From assembly GCA_029261155.1 (NCBI GenBank), contig JAJDBW010000024.1:3355-67354 (forward strand): a stretch of 64,000 nucleotides of DNA, given 5' to 3'. Under the pieces are notes generated by a model that was not told where the DNA came from, did no database searches, and worked only from the letters and a program-made list of their open reading frames with translations. A program made the translations under genes and the position numbers. This DNA comes from Nitrospirota bacterium (GTDB taxonomy: Bacteria; Nitrospirota; Nitrospiria; SBBL01; JAADHI01). Each line of letters begins with the position of its first letter. Position 1 is the first letter of the stretch. This document shows, piece by piece, positions 1 through 9,815 of this stretch.

Positions 1-1
1 G

Positions 2-667
2 AAAGTCAGTAAAATCTATCCGCATTCGACACATCCGGTGAAGGCCTTAAACGAAATTTCCCTTTCGATCGACAAGGGATCATTTTGCCTTTTGATGGGA
101 CCGAGCGGTTGTGGAAAATCGACGCTCCTGAATCTGCTGGGCGGGCTCGACCTGCCGACTTCAGGAGAAATTCTTTTTAAGGGACAATCGACGATTGATT
201 TCAAAGACAGCGATTGGACCGCATTGAGGCGATCTGAAATCGGCATGATCTTTCAATTTTTCAACCTCCTTCCCATGCTCACCGCCGCAGAGAATGTGGC
301 CCTCCCAATGCTCCTTCGAGGCAATCCGCCGGACCTCGCAAAACAAAAATCGATTGCGGCCTTAGACAAGGTCGGCTTGGCCCATCGTCTCGATCATCTA
401 CCGAGTGCACTTTCGGGCGGCGAGATGCAGCGGGTGGCTATCGCTCGCGCCATGGCCATTTCGCCCTTACTCCTTTTGGCCGACGAACCGACCGGCAATC
501 TCGATTCGCATACAGGGAACGAAATCCTTTCTCTCTTGGCCGCACAAACGAAAGCCTTGGGCCTTACACTCCTCATGGCCACGCATAGCCAACAAGCCCG
601 GAGCTTCGCCGATCGGATTATCTTTATGAAAGACAGTGAAATCGAGCGGATCGAAACGCGACCATGA
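2..667 (+). CDS. ABC transporter ATP-binding protein (LolD/MacB/AttE type), 5'-truncated by the window edge
   Basis: Walker A GPSGCGKST, signature LSGGEMQRVAIARA, Walker B LLLADEPTGNLD. The frame is open from base 2 (KVSKIYPH...), so the true start is left of the window. Confidence 0.93.
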   Translation, partial: KVSKIYPHSTHPVKALNEISLSIDKGSFCLLMGPSGCGKSTLLNLLGGLDLPTSGEILFKGQSTIDFKDSDWTALRRSEIGMIFQFFNLLPMLTAAENVALPMLLRGNPPDLAKQKSIAALDKVGLAHRLDHLPSALSGGEMQRVAIARAMAISPLLLLADEPTGNLDSHTGNEILSLLAAQTKALGLTLLMATHSQQARSFADRIIFMKDSEIERIETRP

Positions 668-3240
668 GCCAACAGATTCTTCTAAAATTCATCTCGCTTC
701 GTCATCTCCTTCATGAAAAAAGAACCTGGCTAACCCTCATCGGCGTGGCCTTGGGCATATCCGTTTTCGTCTCCATACGGATCGCCAATCGAAGCGTGCT
801 TCAAGCGTATCACCAATCCGTCGATGCCTTTGCTGGCGAGACCACACTCGAAATCGTCGGCCGAAGCGGTCCATTTAACGAAAGACTGCTCATCGCATTG
901 CGCAAGGAAGCGGCGATCGAAAAAATTTCTCCCCTCGTCCAAAGCGTGCTCCCCATCGTAGAACCCGCTTCGGCAGCCGAAGAGATGCTCTTACTCATGG
1001 GGATCGACCTCCTCCAAGAACAGGATTTCCGGGACTATGAAATTCAAGGTGAATCAGACGAGATCGAAATCACAAGCGCGTTTGAAAAGCTGCTCGATCC
1101 CGAGTCGATCTTTCTAACGGAGGCCTTTGCGGCAAGGCATCGCTTAAAAATTGGCGACGCGCTTTCGGTTCGAATGGGTGGCGACGTACTTTCATTTAAA
1201 GTGGCCGCCTTGCTTAAGGCAAAGGACATCGGTCAAATGCGGGATGGAAACATCGCCTTCCTCGATATTGCCACAGCGCAATGGCGTTTTGGCAAAATTG
1301 GACAGCTTGATCGAATCGACCTGATCAGCGACGTGCAGCTTGCGCTCGATGGGCTTATCACTCAACTCGAAAATCGGCTGGGCGATGGGGTCCTTGTCCG
1401 ACGACCCAAGCAACGTAACCGACATGTCGAAAAGATGCTCTTTTCCTTTCAGATGAACCTCACGGCCCTCAGTGCCATCTCGCTTTTTGTCGGATTGTTC
1501 CTCATCTACAATACGCTCTTGGTGTCTGTCGCACATCGCAAAAAAGAAATCGGCATGCTTCGCGCCCTGGGCGTGGATCGACCTCAGATCTTCCGCCTTT
1601 TCACGATAGAAGGGATTGCCATCGGCCTTTTCGGTGGTTTCTTCGGGGTCTTGATGGGGGCTTTACTTGCGCGTTGGGTCGTGCAGGTTTTGTCGACCAC
1701 CGTTACCGCGCTCTATGTTCCCATCCCGCCCTCGCCTTTTTCGCTCCCGCTCCCGCTCTTTGTCGAAGGAATAGTCATCGGGGTGCTTGTTGCTGCCTTT
1801 TCTGCGATTTACCCGGCCTGGCAGGCGGCGCGACTCAAACCGCGCGAGGCCATGGAAGGAATTTACAGCTCGGAAGAAACGGGATTTAAGCACGGTAAGT
1901 TATGCGTCCTCGGAAGCGGCGCGGGGCTCTTGGCCTTTCTGCTTTCCCAAATGCCCATCCGATGGGGCATGTCCTGGAATGGCTATCTCGCGGCTGCCCT
2001 GCTCCTCGCCGCCTTTTCGTTCTTCGTCCCATCGACGATTCTAGCCTTTTCCAGGGGCATCCGTTATTTTGTCCGAAATCGTGCCCCTGCCTGGCGGCTG
2101 GCCCAGGGCCATTTGGAACAGGCCATCCGCCGTAATGCCCCGACAATCTCCGCTTTTATGGGCGCATTGGCCATGATGGTCAGCGTGGTCATTATGATTG
2201 AGAGCTACCGAAAGACCGTCCTCATTTGGATCGATCAGACCATCCAGGCCGATGTTATTGGCTTCCCGGCGTCCTACATGACAAGTGACTCGGACGAATC
2301 CATGCCGGATATTATCCGAAGCGAAATCGCCGCGCTGGATACGGTAGAGGCGGTGGACGGCTACCGTTCGCGGATCATTCTTTTCCGAGACGCGCCGGTC
2401 GAATTGGCCGCGCGTGATTTGGCCGTTCATGCCGCCCACAGCGACTATCTTTTTCGCAAGGGAAGCCGGGACCGTCTCTTTCAGGACGCCATTGGAGGCA
2501 CAACCCTTTTCGTTTCTGAAGTCCTGGCCAATCGCTTAGAACTGAATGAAGGCGATTCCATCCAGATTCCAACGCCGCAAGGACTGATCCCTTTTCAAAT
2601 CGGGGGCATCTTTTACGACTATGGCACCGACGGCGGAAAGATGGTTATCGACCGATCTCAGATTAAAAAATATTGGCAGGATCAACAAATCGACGCCCTC
2701 CTCGTTTACATCAAAGAAGGGGTCGATGTTGTAAGCCTAAGTCAACAATTGCGTTCTCAATGGGGAACGCGGCAGGGCCTCAGCTTTACAACCCAGCGCG
2801 ATTTTAAAACCGAAATCATGGCGATCTTCGATCAAACCTTCCTCATCACCTATGCCCTGGAATGGATCGCCATCGTCGTCGCGCTCTTAGGTATTGCCAA
2901 CACACTCTTCGTGTCCATCTTAGAACGGCAGCGCGAAATCGGCATTCTCCGGTCCATCGGGGCGTCCCAGCCGCAGGTCATTCGCATCGTCCTTGCCGAG
3001 GCCGTCTACATGGGCCTGATTGGGAACCTTATCGCTCTGGTCTGCGGTTTTTTTCTCTCCCTCCTGCTGATATTTGTCATCAACAAGGCCTCTTTTGGCT
3101 GGACGCTGCAATTCCATTTTCCGCCTGAAATTCTGTTGCATTCTTTCATCGTTGCCATAGGCACCGCATTACTTGCCGCCTTTCTCCCCGCGCGCAAGGC
3201 CGCACGGACCGATTTAAAAGAGGCGATTGCCTATGAATAA
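664..3240 (+). CDS. ABC transporter permease, duplicated MacB/FtsX architecture (AttF/AttG-like)
   Basis: 858 aa with two FtsX-type motifs (RKKEIGMLRALG, RQREIGILRSIG) and many TM segments. ATGA overlap with the ATPase gene. Confidence 0.9.
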   Translation: MSQQILLKFISLRHLLHEKRTWLTLIGVALGISVFVSIRIANRSVLQAYHQSVDAFAGETTLEIVGRSGPFNERLLIALRKEAAIEKISPLVQSVLPIVEPASAAEEMLLLMGIDLLQEQDFRDYEIQGESDEIEITSAFEKLLDPESIFLTEAFAARHRLKIGDALSVRMGGDVLSFKVAALLKAKDIGQMRDGNIAFLDIATAQWRFGKIGQLDRIDLISDVQLALDGLITQLENRLGDGVLVRRPKQRNRHVEKMLFSFQMNLTALSAISLFVGLFLIYNTLLVSVAHRKKEIGMLRALGVDRPQIFRLFTIEGIAIGLFGGFFGVLMGALLARWVVQVLSTTVTALYVPIPPSPFSLPLPLFVEGIVIGVLVAAFSAIYPAWQAARLKPREAMEGIYSSEETGFKHGKLCVLGSGAGLLAFLLSQMPIRWGMSWNGYLAAALLLAAFSFFVPSTILAFSRGIRYFVRNRAPAWRLAQGHLEQAIRRNAPTISAFMGALAMMVSVVIMIESYRKTVLIWIDQTIQADVIGFPASYMTSDSDESMPDIIRSEIAALDTVEAVDGYRSRIILFRDAPVELAARDLAVHAAHSDYLFRKGSRDRLFQDAIGGTTLFVSEVLANRLELNEGDSIQIPTPQGLIPFQIGGIFYDYGTDGGKMVIDRSQIKKYWQDQQIDALLVYIKEGVDVVSLSQQLRSQWGTRQGLSFTTQRDFKTEIMAIFDQTFLITYALEWIAIVVALLGIANTLFVSILERQREIGILRSIGASQPQVIRIVLAEAVYMGLIGNLIALVCGFFLSLLLIFVINKASFGWTLQFHFPPEILLHSFIVAIGTALLAAFLPARKAARTDLKEAIAYE

Positions 3241-4357
3241 ATCGGCCTGTCTTCCCCTCATCTTGGCCATCCTTCTTTTTGCCGGTAGTGAGCTGTCACA
3301 GGCCGAACCCGCATCCGAACCGAGCCGCTTCAAAAAGGCGCTGCCCGGTTATGCCTTTTCTTTCCCCAGGGACCACGGAAACCATCCCGACTACCTTATC
3401 GAGTGGTGGTATTTTACCGGCAACCTCCAATCCCAAGAGGGCAGCGCCTATGGCTATGAGCTCACCTTTTTTCGACGCGGCATCGAAAACAAAGTGGCCG
3501 AGGAGAATCCATCCCATTGGGCCGTTCGTGATCTTTATCTCGCGCACTTCGCCATTAGCGATCTTTCAAATAAAGGCTTTTTCTACGATGAAAAAATCAG
3601 CCGCGAAGCCATCGGAAAGGCCGGTGCAAAAATAGGCAAGATGGCGGTGTGGATCGACCGCTGGTCCGCCGTTCAAACGGGAGATGGCATACGCCTGCTT
3701 GCGGACAACGCGACGATGCATATCGATCTCAACTTAATTCCCGCTAAACCGCTCGTCGTTCATGGGGACCAAGGGATTAGCCGCAAAGGAGACGAGGCCG
3801 GAGAAGCAAGCCACTATTATTCCTACACGCGCCTTCGAACCCAAGGCACCGTGCGTGTTAAGGAAAAAGAAGCCACCGTTACAGGTTTGAGTTGGATGGA
3901 TCATGAATTTGGCAGCAGTCTCCTCGGAGCAGGACAGGTCGGCTGGGATTGGTTTTCCATTCAACTCGATGACGGCAGCGAGTACATGTTTTATCAAATC
4001 CGCGAGGAAAATGGTTCGAACGATCCGGTCTCCAGCGCAACGGTGATCGACACCGAAGGGAAGTCAAGGCATCTCAGCGCACAAGAATTTTCTCTAAAGC
4101 CGACGCGTAATTGGACAAGTCCGCACAGCGGTGCAAGCTATCCCGTCGCCTGGGAAATCGCAGTGCCTTCCGAGGGGCTTTCCCTCACTTCACGACCGGC
4201 CCTCGACGACCAGGAGTTAATGACCTCGCAGAGCACCCGAGTCACCTATTGGGAAGGGGCGACTCATTTTTCCGGTCAGAAAAAGGGTCGGCAGGTTCAA
4301 GGCAAGGGATATGTCGAACTAACAGGATACGCCCAGACCTTAAAGACGCAAGACTAG
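3233..4357 (+). CDS. Secreted lipocalin-like / CrtC-AttH family hydrolase
   Basis: Signal peptide; motifs FPRDHGNHP-EWWYFTG, SWMDHEF, GWDWF, YWEG and GYVELTGY. Usual partner of this ABC type. ATG at 3233 preferred over TTG at 3227. Confidence 0.88.
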   Translation: MNKSACLPLILAILLFAGSELSQAEPASEPSRFKKALPGYAFSFPRDHGNHPDYLIEWWYFTGNLQSQEGSAYGYELTFFRRGIENKVAEENPSHWAVRDLYLAHFAISDLSNKGFFYDEKISREAIGKAGAKIGKMAVWIDRWSAVQTGDGIRLLADNATMHIDLNLIPAKPLVVHGDQGISRKGDEAGEASHYYSYTRLRTQGTVRVKEKEATVTGLSWMDHEFGSSLLGAGQVGWDWFSIQLDDGSEYMFYQIREENGSNDPVSSATVIDTEGKSRHLSAQEFSLKPTRNWTSPHSGASYPVAWEIAVPSEGLSLTSRPALDDQELMTSQSTRVTYWEGATHFSGQKKGRQVQGKGYVELTGYAQTLKTQD

Positions 4358-4558
4358 CCCTTTCCAACCTCATGACTTTCATCGCACACCGCCTCACGTT
4401 TTCGACGCCATTTTTGTCGCACTCAATCCTTACTCAAGTCGGTTCAAAATTGACAAAGCGCCTGTTTCGGCTAGAGTTATGGGGTAGCACTTTCTGTGCA
4501 CACACTTTGATATGTGCCTAAAAATAGACCCCTTTTTTCAAGTAGGTGAAGCTGATAA

Positions 4559-6754
4559 ATGAAACCGTCCTCCACCAGTGTTCCGGTCGTGAGTCGCACG
4601 CGACTCACAGACCTTTTAATCGAGCTTCAGGTCGGCATTCGAAAAATTTCCATGTATGGTCTGAATCATTCGGTGGCCCCAAAAACGGCTAAAAATCTAC
4701 ACTCGCAATTTTCGGAAATACTCACGACGGTCGATTCGCTTTCCTTCGTTATTGGTAAAGACGATATGCTCTATCAAGGGCAGGTTCTCGCCGAAGGCAC
4801 GCAGGTTATTCAGAATTTGTCCCGTATGTTTCACGACCTCAATTTGATCGGAATCACCTTTAAAAAAGGGCTCAGTGAAGCCGATCTTCTCACCTTTTTT
4901 ACTTTCATTATCGAAAACCGGACAGCCGCCTTTACACAAGACGATCCGACGATTAGTCAATTTCACGAACAAGCGCTGGCGATTTCATTTCAATTGGTGA
5001 GTTTTGCGGGCGCATTAAAAGCACAAAACCCCGATTCACCCGAAGCGGAGATCTCTACCGAGAGCAAGGGAAACCCTTGGCAGGGCCTGCTGAACCGCTT
5101 GTCCGGAAAATCCTTTCCTGCAACGCTTCAATCAAAACTAGCGCAGGCTTCGGACGGGCCCTTCGACCCGGAAAAAATAGCCTGGGTCATCAATGCACTT
5201 TATTCTGCGGGACAGGCGGAAGCCCATATTCGAGCCACCGGGAACGTTCAAGATCTGGTTGATGAAGCCGGAAAAAGTGACTATGACACCGCAATTGTTC
5301 AAACACTCAAAGAGCAATTTCAACGCAATATCGGAGACGGAGAGCAAGGCGATCAGGTGAAACAAGAAATGGCGAAGCTGTTTACTATGATTCATCCCGA
5401 GGCCCGTCAGAAAATTTTTCGAAGTTCAATGGCAGAACAAGGGAATCAAACCTTGCCGCTGGAGGATTTTTTGGACTTTGTGCCGCCCACCCTCTTGCCG
5501 GAAGTGTTGCACCAGATAACGATCTCCAAGGAATCCGTCTCGGGTCCAACCGTGAGCTTGCTCAAAAAAATGGTCCCACTTTCTGATTCGGATGACAAGC
5601 TGAAAAATCTCTTGGAAACAAAGGTCGAAAGCCACAAGGGCTTGTTCGACGAACTCTTTATTAATCGCGCCGACCGAGAATATTATCCTTCCGACTACCG
5701 ATCCATCCTTGATAATGAGTTGATCGGAGACCCCTCAGCCTCTGAAAACGAGATCCCGGAAACCGAATCTAAGCTCTCGAATGCGGAAATCGATAGCCAC
5801 CTTTCCCTCATCCTGCTCGAAATACTCGATGATCCAATAGGTGTGGAAGCCAAAACAGAGCGATGCCTGATGCTGCTCAAAAATCTATTGACTCAAGGCT
5901 TCGGAGAGGAAACCCCGGTTATATTGATCAAAACAATTCGTCTCCTCCTTAAGAAGTGCTCAGAAATAACCGAATCACAAGCCCTCTGGAAGCGCATGCT
6001 CAAGATGATGATCTCACCCGAAATTTTCCAGCAACTTCTCGCAGTAAACCAAAATAAATCGGATGCGGAAGACTCAGGTGAGGAAGACAATGTAGCCGAT
6101 GAGTTGGTTCGTGTCGCGGGCGAAGAGCTGTTTCCGATTTTGCTCGATATCCTGGCCTTCGAATCGAACTTATCGACACGGAAACAAATCATACAACTCA
6201 TTGTCAAAGGCGGCCCCACCGTTGTCCCTCTCATCGTGGAACAGCTTTCGAATGACAAGTGGTTTATCGTTCGGAATATGTTGGTTATCCTACGGGACCT
6301 CAGAGCCGAAGAATCCATACCCGATATTCTGCCTTGTCTGGAACATGCCTCAGAGAAAGTCCGCCTTGCTGCACTTCAGGCCCTCGGTACCCTGGCCCGA
6401 GAAAAAGAGATCCTGCTGACGCATGTACAGGAAGCGTTACGAGATCCGGATGAACGCGTTTCTAAAACAGCGGTATTGCTCCTGGCGTCCAGCCGCCACG
6501 AAAAAGCACGCGTTTTTTTTGAAGAACAGTTCATCAAGGTCGAAAATGGCGGAAAGGATATCGAAATTCTTTTCGACGTTTTAAATACGATCGGCCGTTC
6601 CGGCCCACCCACCTGGCTCCCCGTTCTTCACCGCCTGAGAAAAGGGTTCTCTTTTTTGGTTTGGGGGCTGGGGCGGAAACGGTCCTTACAAAAAGTCCTT
6701 CATAAAGCCATCTCGGAAATAAATCATCGCGAGGAAACCGCACATGCCAAATGA
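4559..6754 (+). CDS. HEAT-repeat protein
   Basis: 731 aa. C-terminal HEAT/PBS-like repeats (WFIVRNMLVIL, EKVRLAALQALG, LRDPDERV). Overlaps the HD-GYP gene. Confidence 0.75.
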   Translation: MKPSSTSVPVVSRTRLTDLLIELQVGIRKISMYGLNHSVAPKTAKNLHSQFSEILTTVDSLSFVIGKDDMLYQGQVLAEGTQVIQNLSRMFHDLNLIGITFKKGLSEADLLTFFTFIIENRTAAFTQDDPTISQFHEQALAISFQLVSFAGALKAQNPDSPEAEISTESKGNPWQGLLNRLSGKSFPATLQSKLAQASDGPFDPEKIAWVINALYSAGQAEAHIRATGNVQDLVDEAGKSDYDTAIVQTLKEQFQRNIGDGEQGDQVKQEMAKLFTMIHPEARQKIFRSSMAEQGNQTLPLEDFLDFVPPTLLPEVLHQITISKESVSGPTVSLLKKMVPLSDSDDKLKNLLETKVESHKGLFDELFINRADREYYPSDYRSILDNELIGDPSASENEIPETESKLSNAEIDSHLSLILLEILDDPIGVEAKTERCLMLLKNLLTQGFGEETPVILIKTIRLLLKKCSEITESQALWKRMLKMMISPEIFQQLLAVNQNKSDAEDSGEEDNVADELVRVAGEELFPILLDILAFESNLSTRKQIIQLIVKGGPTVVPLIVEQLSNDKWFIVRNMLVILRDLRAEESIPDILPCLEHASEKVRLAALQALGTLAREKEILLTHVQEALRDPDERVSKTAVLLLASSRHEKARVFFEEQFIKVENGGKDIEILFDVLNTIGRSGPPTWLPVLHRLRKGFSFLVWGLGRKRSLQKVLHKAISEINHREETAHAK

Positions 6755-7976
6755 AGATGCCCTGTTCTCCGAGTCGAAGACAAAAATCGGAACCCAGGAA
6801 ACCGGGGAGAAAGAAACCAAAGGCCAAAAGGAAGATACAGCGATACAATTCATTCGAGGATTCGCCAAACTCCTCAGGGACCGCGCTTTTTATCCCAAAG
6901 AACATCCGCAGATCATTCGGAGCATGGCGAACTTGGAGGATTGGGGCACACGCCTCTTTCTTAAACGGAAACAACGCATTTTCGTTTTTATCGACGACCA
7001 AGTCTACATTGACGACCTGCTCGTGAAAGAAGAATCTAATCCGGCCGAGATCGCCCGTCTTTTTATCGAAAAACAGGTTGAAGCGCTCAGCCTTCGCGCC
7101 GGATTAACCGCAAGCGAAATTCGGCAATTCGCCAATCATTTTTGTAACTCAGACAATCAAGGCTCTAAATCGCCCTTTCAGACCCTTCATATCTCTGTTG
7201 GAAAGTTGGCTTTAGAAGATAACGGCGCAAAACAAATGCACCCGCAATTCGACAACTTCGGAACAACCGCCTTAAAAAACGATCTGCATTACCGCCGATA
7301 CGCGGAGGAAGTCAAAACGATACGAGACATATATGTCGATTGGAAAAGCATGAAAACCTCACTCATTCAAAACGTAGGCAACATCATGCAGAAACTCGAG
7401 AACTCGCTCTTTGCCAATGTTCATTCCTTTATCCCTTTAAGAGACCTCAAGGTCCACGACGAATATACTTATGTACACGCGATCAATCTTTCCATCTTAA
7501 CCATGGCGCAAGCCGAGGCCCTCGGCTTTTCGAAAAAAGAGATTCATGCCTTCGGCATCGGCGCAATGTTACACGATGTAGGAAAAACCCAGGTTGCAGT
7601 GGAGGTGCTTAATAAAAAGGGAAAGTTGAATGCGGAAGAGGCGGAGGCGATGAAAAGTCACCCTCGGCTTGGGGCCTTGCTTCTGCTCGAATACCCCGAG
7701 ATCCCGAAGGTTGCGGCCATTGTGGCCTACGAACATCATTTAAAATTCGACGGCTCAGGCTATCCGGACATGCGGCAGCATCGGCAACAGCACATTGCAA
7801 GCCGCCTGACCTCCATTTCGGATTATTTCGATGCGATGCGTGCCAATCGCTCGTACAGGGCTGCGCTCGAACCCCAAGAAATTATCGTCCAGATGAAAAA
7901 AGAAAAAGGAAGCGGGCTCGATCCGGTCCTTTTTGATAAATTTCACGCCCTCGTCAAATCAAGAAAGCTCGTTTAA
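6744..7976 (+). CDS. HD-GYP domain cyclic-dinucleotide phosphodiesterase-like protein
   Basis: Motifs DEYTYVH, LHDVGK, HHLKFDGSGYP, DYFDAM-RSYR. Confidence 0.88.
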   Translation: MPNEDALFSESKTKIGTQETGEKETKGQKEDTAIQFIRGFAKLLRDRAFYPKEHPQIIRSMANLEDWGTRLFLKRKQRIFVFIDDQVYIDDLLVKEESNPAEIARLFIEKQVEALSLRAGLTASEIRQFANHFCNSDNQGSKSPFQTLHISVGKLALEDNGAKQMHPQFDNFGTTALKNDLHYRRYAEEVKTIRDIYVDWKSMKTSLIQNVGNIMQKLENSLFANVHSFIPLRDLKVHDEYTYVHAINLSILTMAQAEALGFSKKEIHAFGIGAMLHDVGKTQVAVEVLNKKGKLNAEEAEAMKSHPRLGALLLLEYPEIPKVAAIVAYEHHLKFDGSGYPDMRQHRQQHIASRLTSISDYFDAMRANRSYRAALEPQEIIVQMKKEKGSGLDPVLFDKFHALVKSRKLV

Positions 7977-8118
7977 AAACGCAGTGACGAACGCACCACG
8001 TTCCGGGAAGATGCCTCGGCGCCTCAACCCTTTTCTATCTAACGAAAGACCGACAAGGATCGAGACGCCACAGACTTTTGAGACTTATGTGCTGGATCGA
8101 ATGTGCGCGTGCCTTCGA

Positions 8119-8619
8119 TTAAGAAAGGGTGGCCAAGGCTGCGTCGAAGTTCGGCTCTTGGGTGATTTCCGGAACCTGTTCGGTGTAGGACACATTGCCC
8201 GTTTTGTCGACAATAACAATGGCCCTCGACAAAACACCCGCAAGCGGTCCTGTGGAGATTAAGGCACCGTAGTTTTTACCGAAATCCGGGGCACGAAAAA
8301 CCGAGAGCGGCACCACATTGTTTAAGCCTTCGGCACCACAAAATCGCCCGAGGGCAAAAGGCAAGTCCGCCGAAATACAGAGCACAACCGTATCGGCCAA
8401 TTTAGAGGCCTCTTCATTAAAGCGTTTCACCGATCCGGCACAAACGGGTGTATCGATGCTAGGAAAGATATTAAGCACAACCCGCTTCCCGGCAAAATCG
8501 CCAAGCTTCACCTCGGACAAATCGTTCTTCACCAAGGTAAACGCGGGTGCCTTGCTTCCAACCGCGGGCAAATCGCCGACGGTTTCGATGGGATTCCCTT
8601 TGAGTGTGATTTTTGCCAT
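8119..8619 (-). CDS. tpx: Thiol peroxidase (atypical 2-Cys peroxiredoxin)
   Basis: Motifs [46 protein letters not shown]. Confidence 0.96.
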   Translation of the reverse strand: MAKITLKGNPIETVGDLPAVGSKAPAFTLVKNDLSEVKLGDFAGKRVVLNIFPSIDTPVCAGSVKRFNEEASKLADTVVLCISADLPFALGRFCGAEGLNNVVPLSVFRAPDFGKNYGALISTGPLAGVLSRAIVIVDKTGNVSYTEQVPEITQEPNFDAALATLS

Positions 8620-8954
8620 AGTTCCTCTCCTTTTTTTTGAAGTATGATTTAAACGGGTCGGGCCGATACTAGAAAATGCAGGCCTCTCCCTGATGGTGGG
8701 TATTCGGTCTCCTTTGCGATTCTAACAGGCATATAGATACAGGAAGCGATGCCTACTGTGCAAGCGCTCTCTTTGAAACCATCCTATGACTCAGGATTTA
8801 GGGCTGAGCTTCATCGCGTTTCCCACATCGTCCAGGTCTCTGCCTTTAGGAAGCGCGTCGTCCGATGAGCGGCTTGAGCGTCCTTTTTCAATTCCGGTAC
8901 GAAATGCTCTGAAATGGGCCCTTTATTTTATTTTAATTTTTTGTTGAATTTACT

Positions 8955-8983
8955 TTGACATTCCCAGATCGAATCGTTAGAAT
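8955..8983 (+). promoter_or_regulatory. sigma70 promoter of hup
   Basis: TTGACA (8955-8960), 17-nt spacer, TAGAAT (8978-8983). An AT-rich UP-like tract lies upstream. Confidence 0.8.
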
Positions 8984-9029
8984 TCACACCCAGTCTACCG
9001 ATTAGGCCAATCCAATAGGAGGGAACATC

Positions 9030-9308
9030 ATGACCAAAGGGGAATTGATCGATCAACTATCGAAATCTGCATCCAAAAGTGGCGTCAGCAAAAAAACGGT
9101 CGAAGCGATCGTGTCGGAAACCTTCGAGACCATCGGAAAAACGATTAAGAAGGCTGGACGTTTCAGCTACCCGAGTTTTGGAACCTTTACCGTCACGAAG
9201 CGCGCCGCGCGTAAAGGCCGAAATCCTCAGACTGGAGAACCCATTAAGATCAAGGCATCCAAGTCGATCAAATTCAAACCCGCTCCCGTTTTAAAAGGAA
9301 AGCTATAA
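9030..9308 (+). CDS. hup: HU family DNA-binding protein
   Basis: Motifs MTKGELID and FGTF...RKGRNPQTGEPIKI...KFKP. AGGAGG RBS. Confidence 0.95.
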   Translation: MTKGELIDQLSKSASKSGVSKKTVEAIVSETFETIGKTIKKAGRFSYPSFGTFTVTKRAARKGRNPQTGEPIKIKASKSIKFKPAPVLKGKL

Positions 9309-9390
9309 TCTCTAAACGAATCAAACCTTAAGATCCCAGCACCGCTTAATTTAAAAAATTCAATTCAAAACGCAGTGTGTCTTCGCTTAT

Positions 9391-9433
9391 CAAGCGCATT
9401 GAGGGATTTTTAAACCTTCCCTCAATGCGCTTG
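9391..9433. repeat. Perfect 16-bp inverted repeat between converging hup and tRNA-fMet (terminator or stabilising hairpin)
   Basis: CAAGCGCATTGAGGGA, 11-nt loop, TCCCTCAATGCGCTTG. No clear U-tract. Confidence 0.6.
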
Positions 9434-9573
9434 TGGAAGAAGGCTCCCTGGTTCACAAGGCAGCACAGTTTTTTGATCCCCTGTTCCAAGCCCTATCTCT
9501 AAACTTTAAAAAACCTCTTTCCTTTATAATTCGCAGAACCTTCGGATCCGCTCTCCACATGAGTCATTCGCAC

Positions 9574-9600
9574 AAAAAAAAAGCCGCTTCGCAGCGGCCT
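9574..9600 (-). terminator. Rho-independent terminator of tRNA-fMet
   Basis: GCCGCT/AGCGGC stem followed by a 9-T run on the minus strand. Confidence 0.8.
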
Positions 9601-9626
9601 TAAACTAATCTATTTTTGTGAGATAT

Positions 9627-9703
<77 letters not shown>

Positions 9704-9708
9704 GACGC

Positions 9709-9737
9709 ATCGTAGCAAAAGGGGTGATTCAAGTCAA
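9709..9737 (-). promoter_or_regulatory. sigma70 promoter of tRNA-fMet
   Basis: Minus strand TTGACT, 17 nt, TACGAT, with a TG extension. Confidence 0.65.
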
Positions 9738-9815
9738 GGATAGTGTATATCGAAACAGTGGATTCCATCGATTGTGATTCCGAATTTTTGAATACGACGC
9801 CGGGCGATCCTTTGC

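Noticed and set aside
2-4357. ABC transporter plus lipocalin-like hydrolase as a novel system
   Set aside because: Matches the widespread AttEFGH-like arrangement; nothing unusual is visible here.
8742-8823. Possible structured RNA in the tpx-hup intergenic region (GGAAGCGATG pairing with CATCGCGTTTCC)
   Set aside because: Only one imperfect stem, and no recognisable 6S or riboswitch consensus. An Infernal/Rfam scan would be needed.
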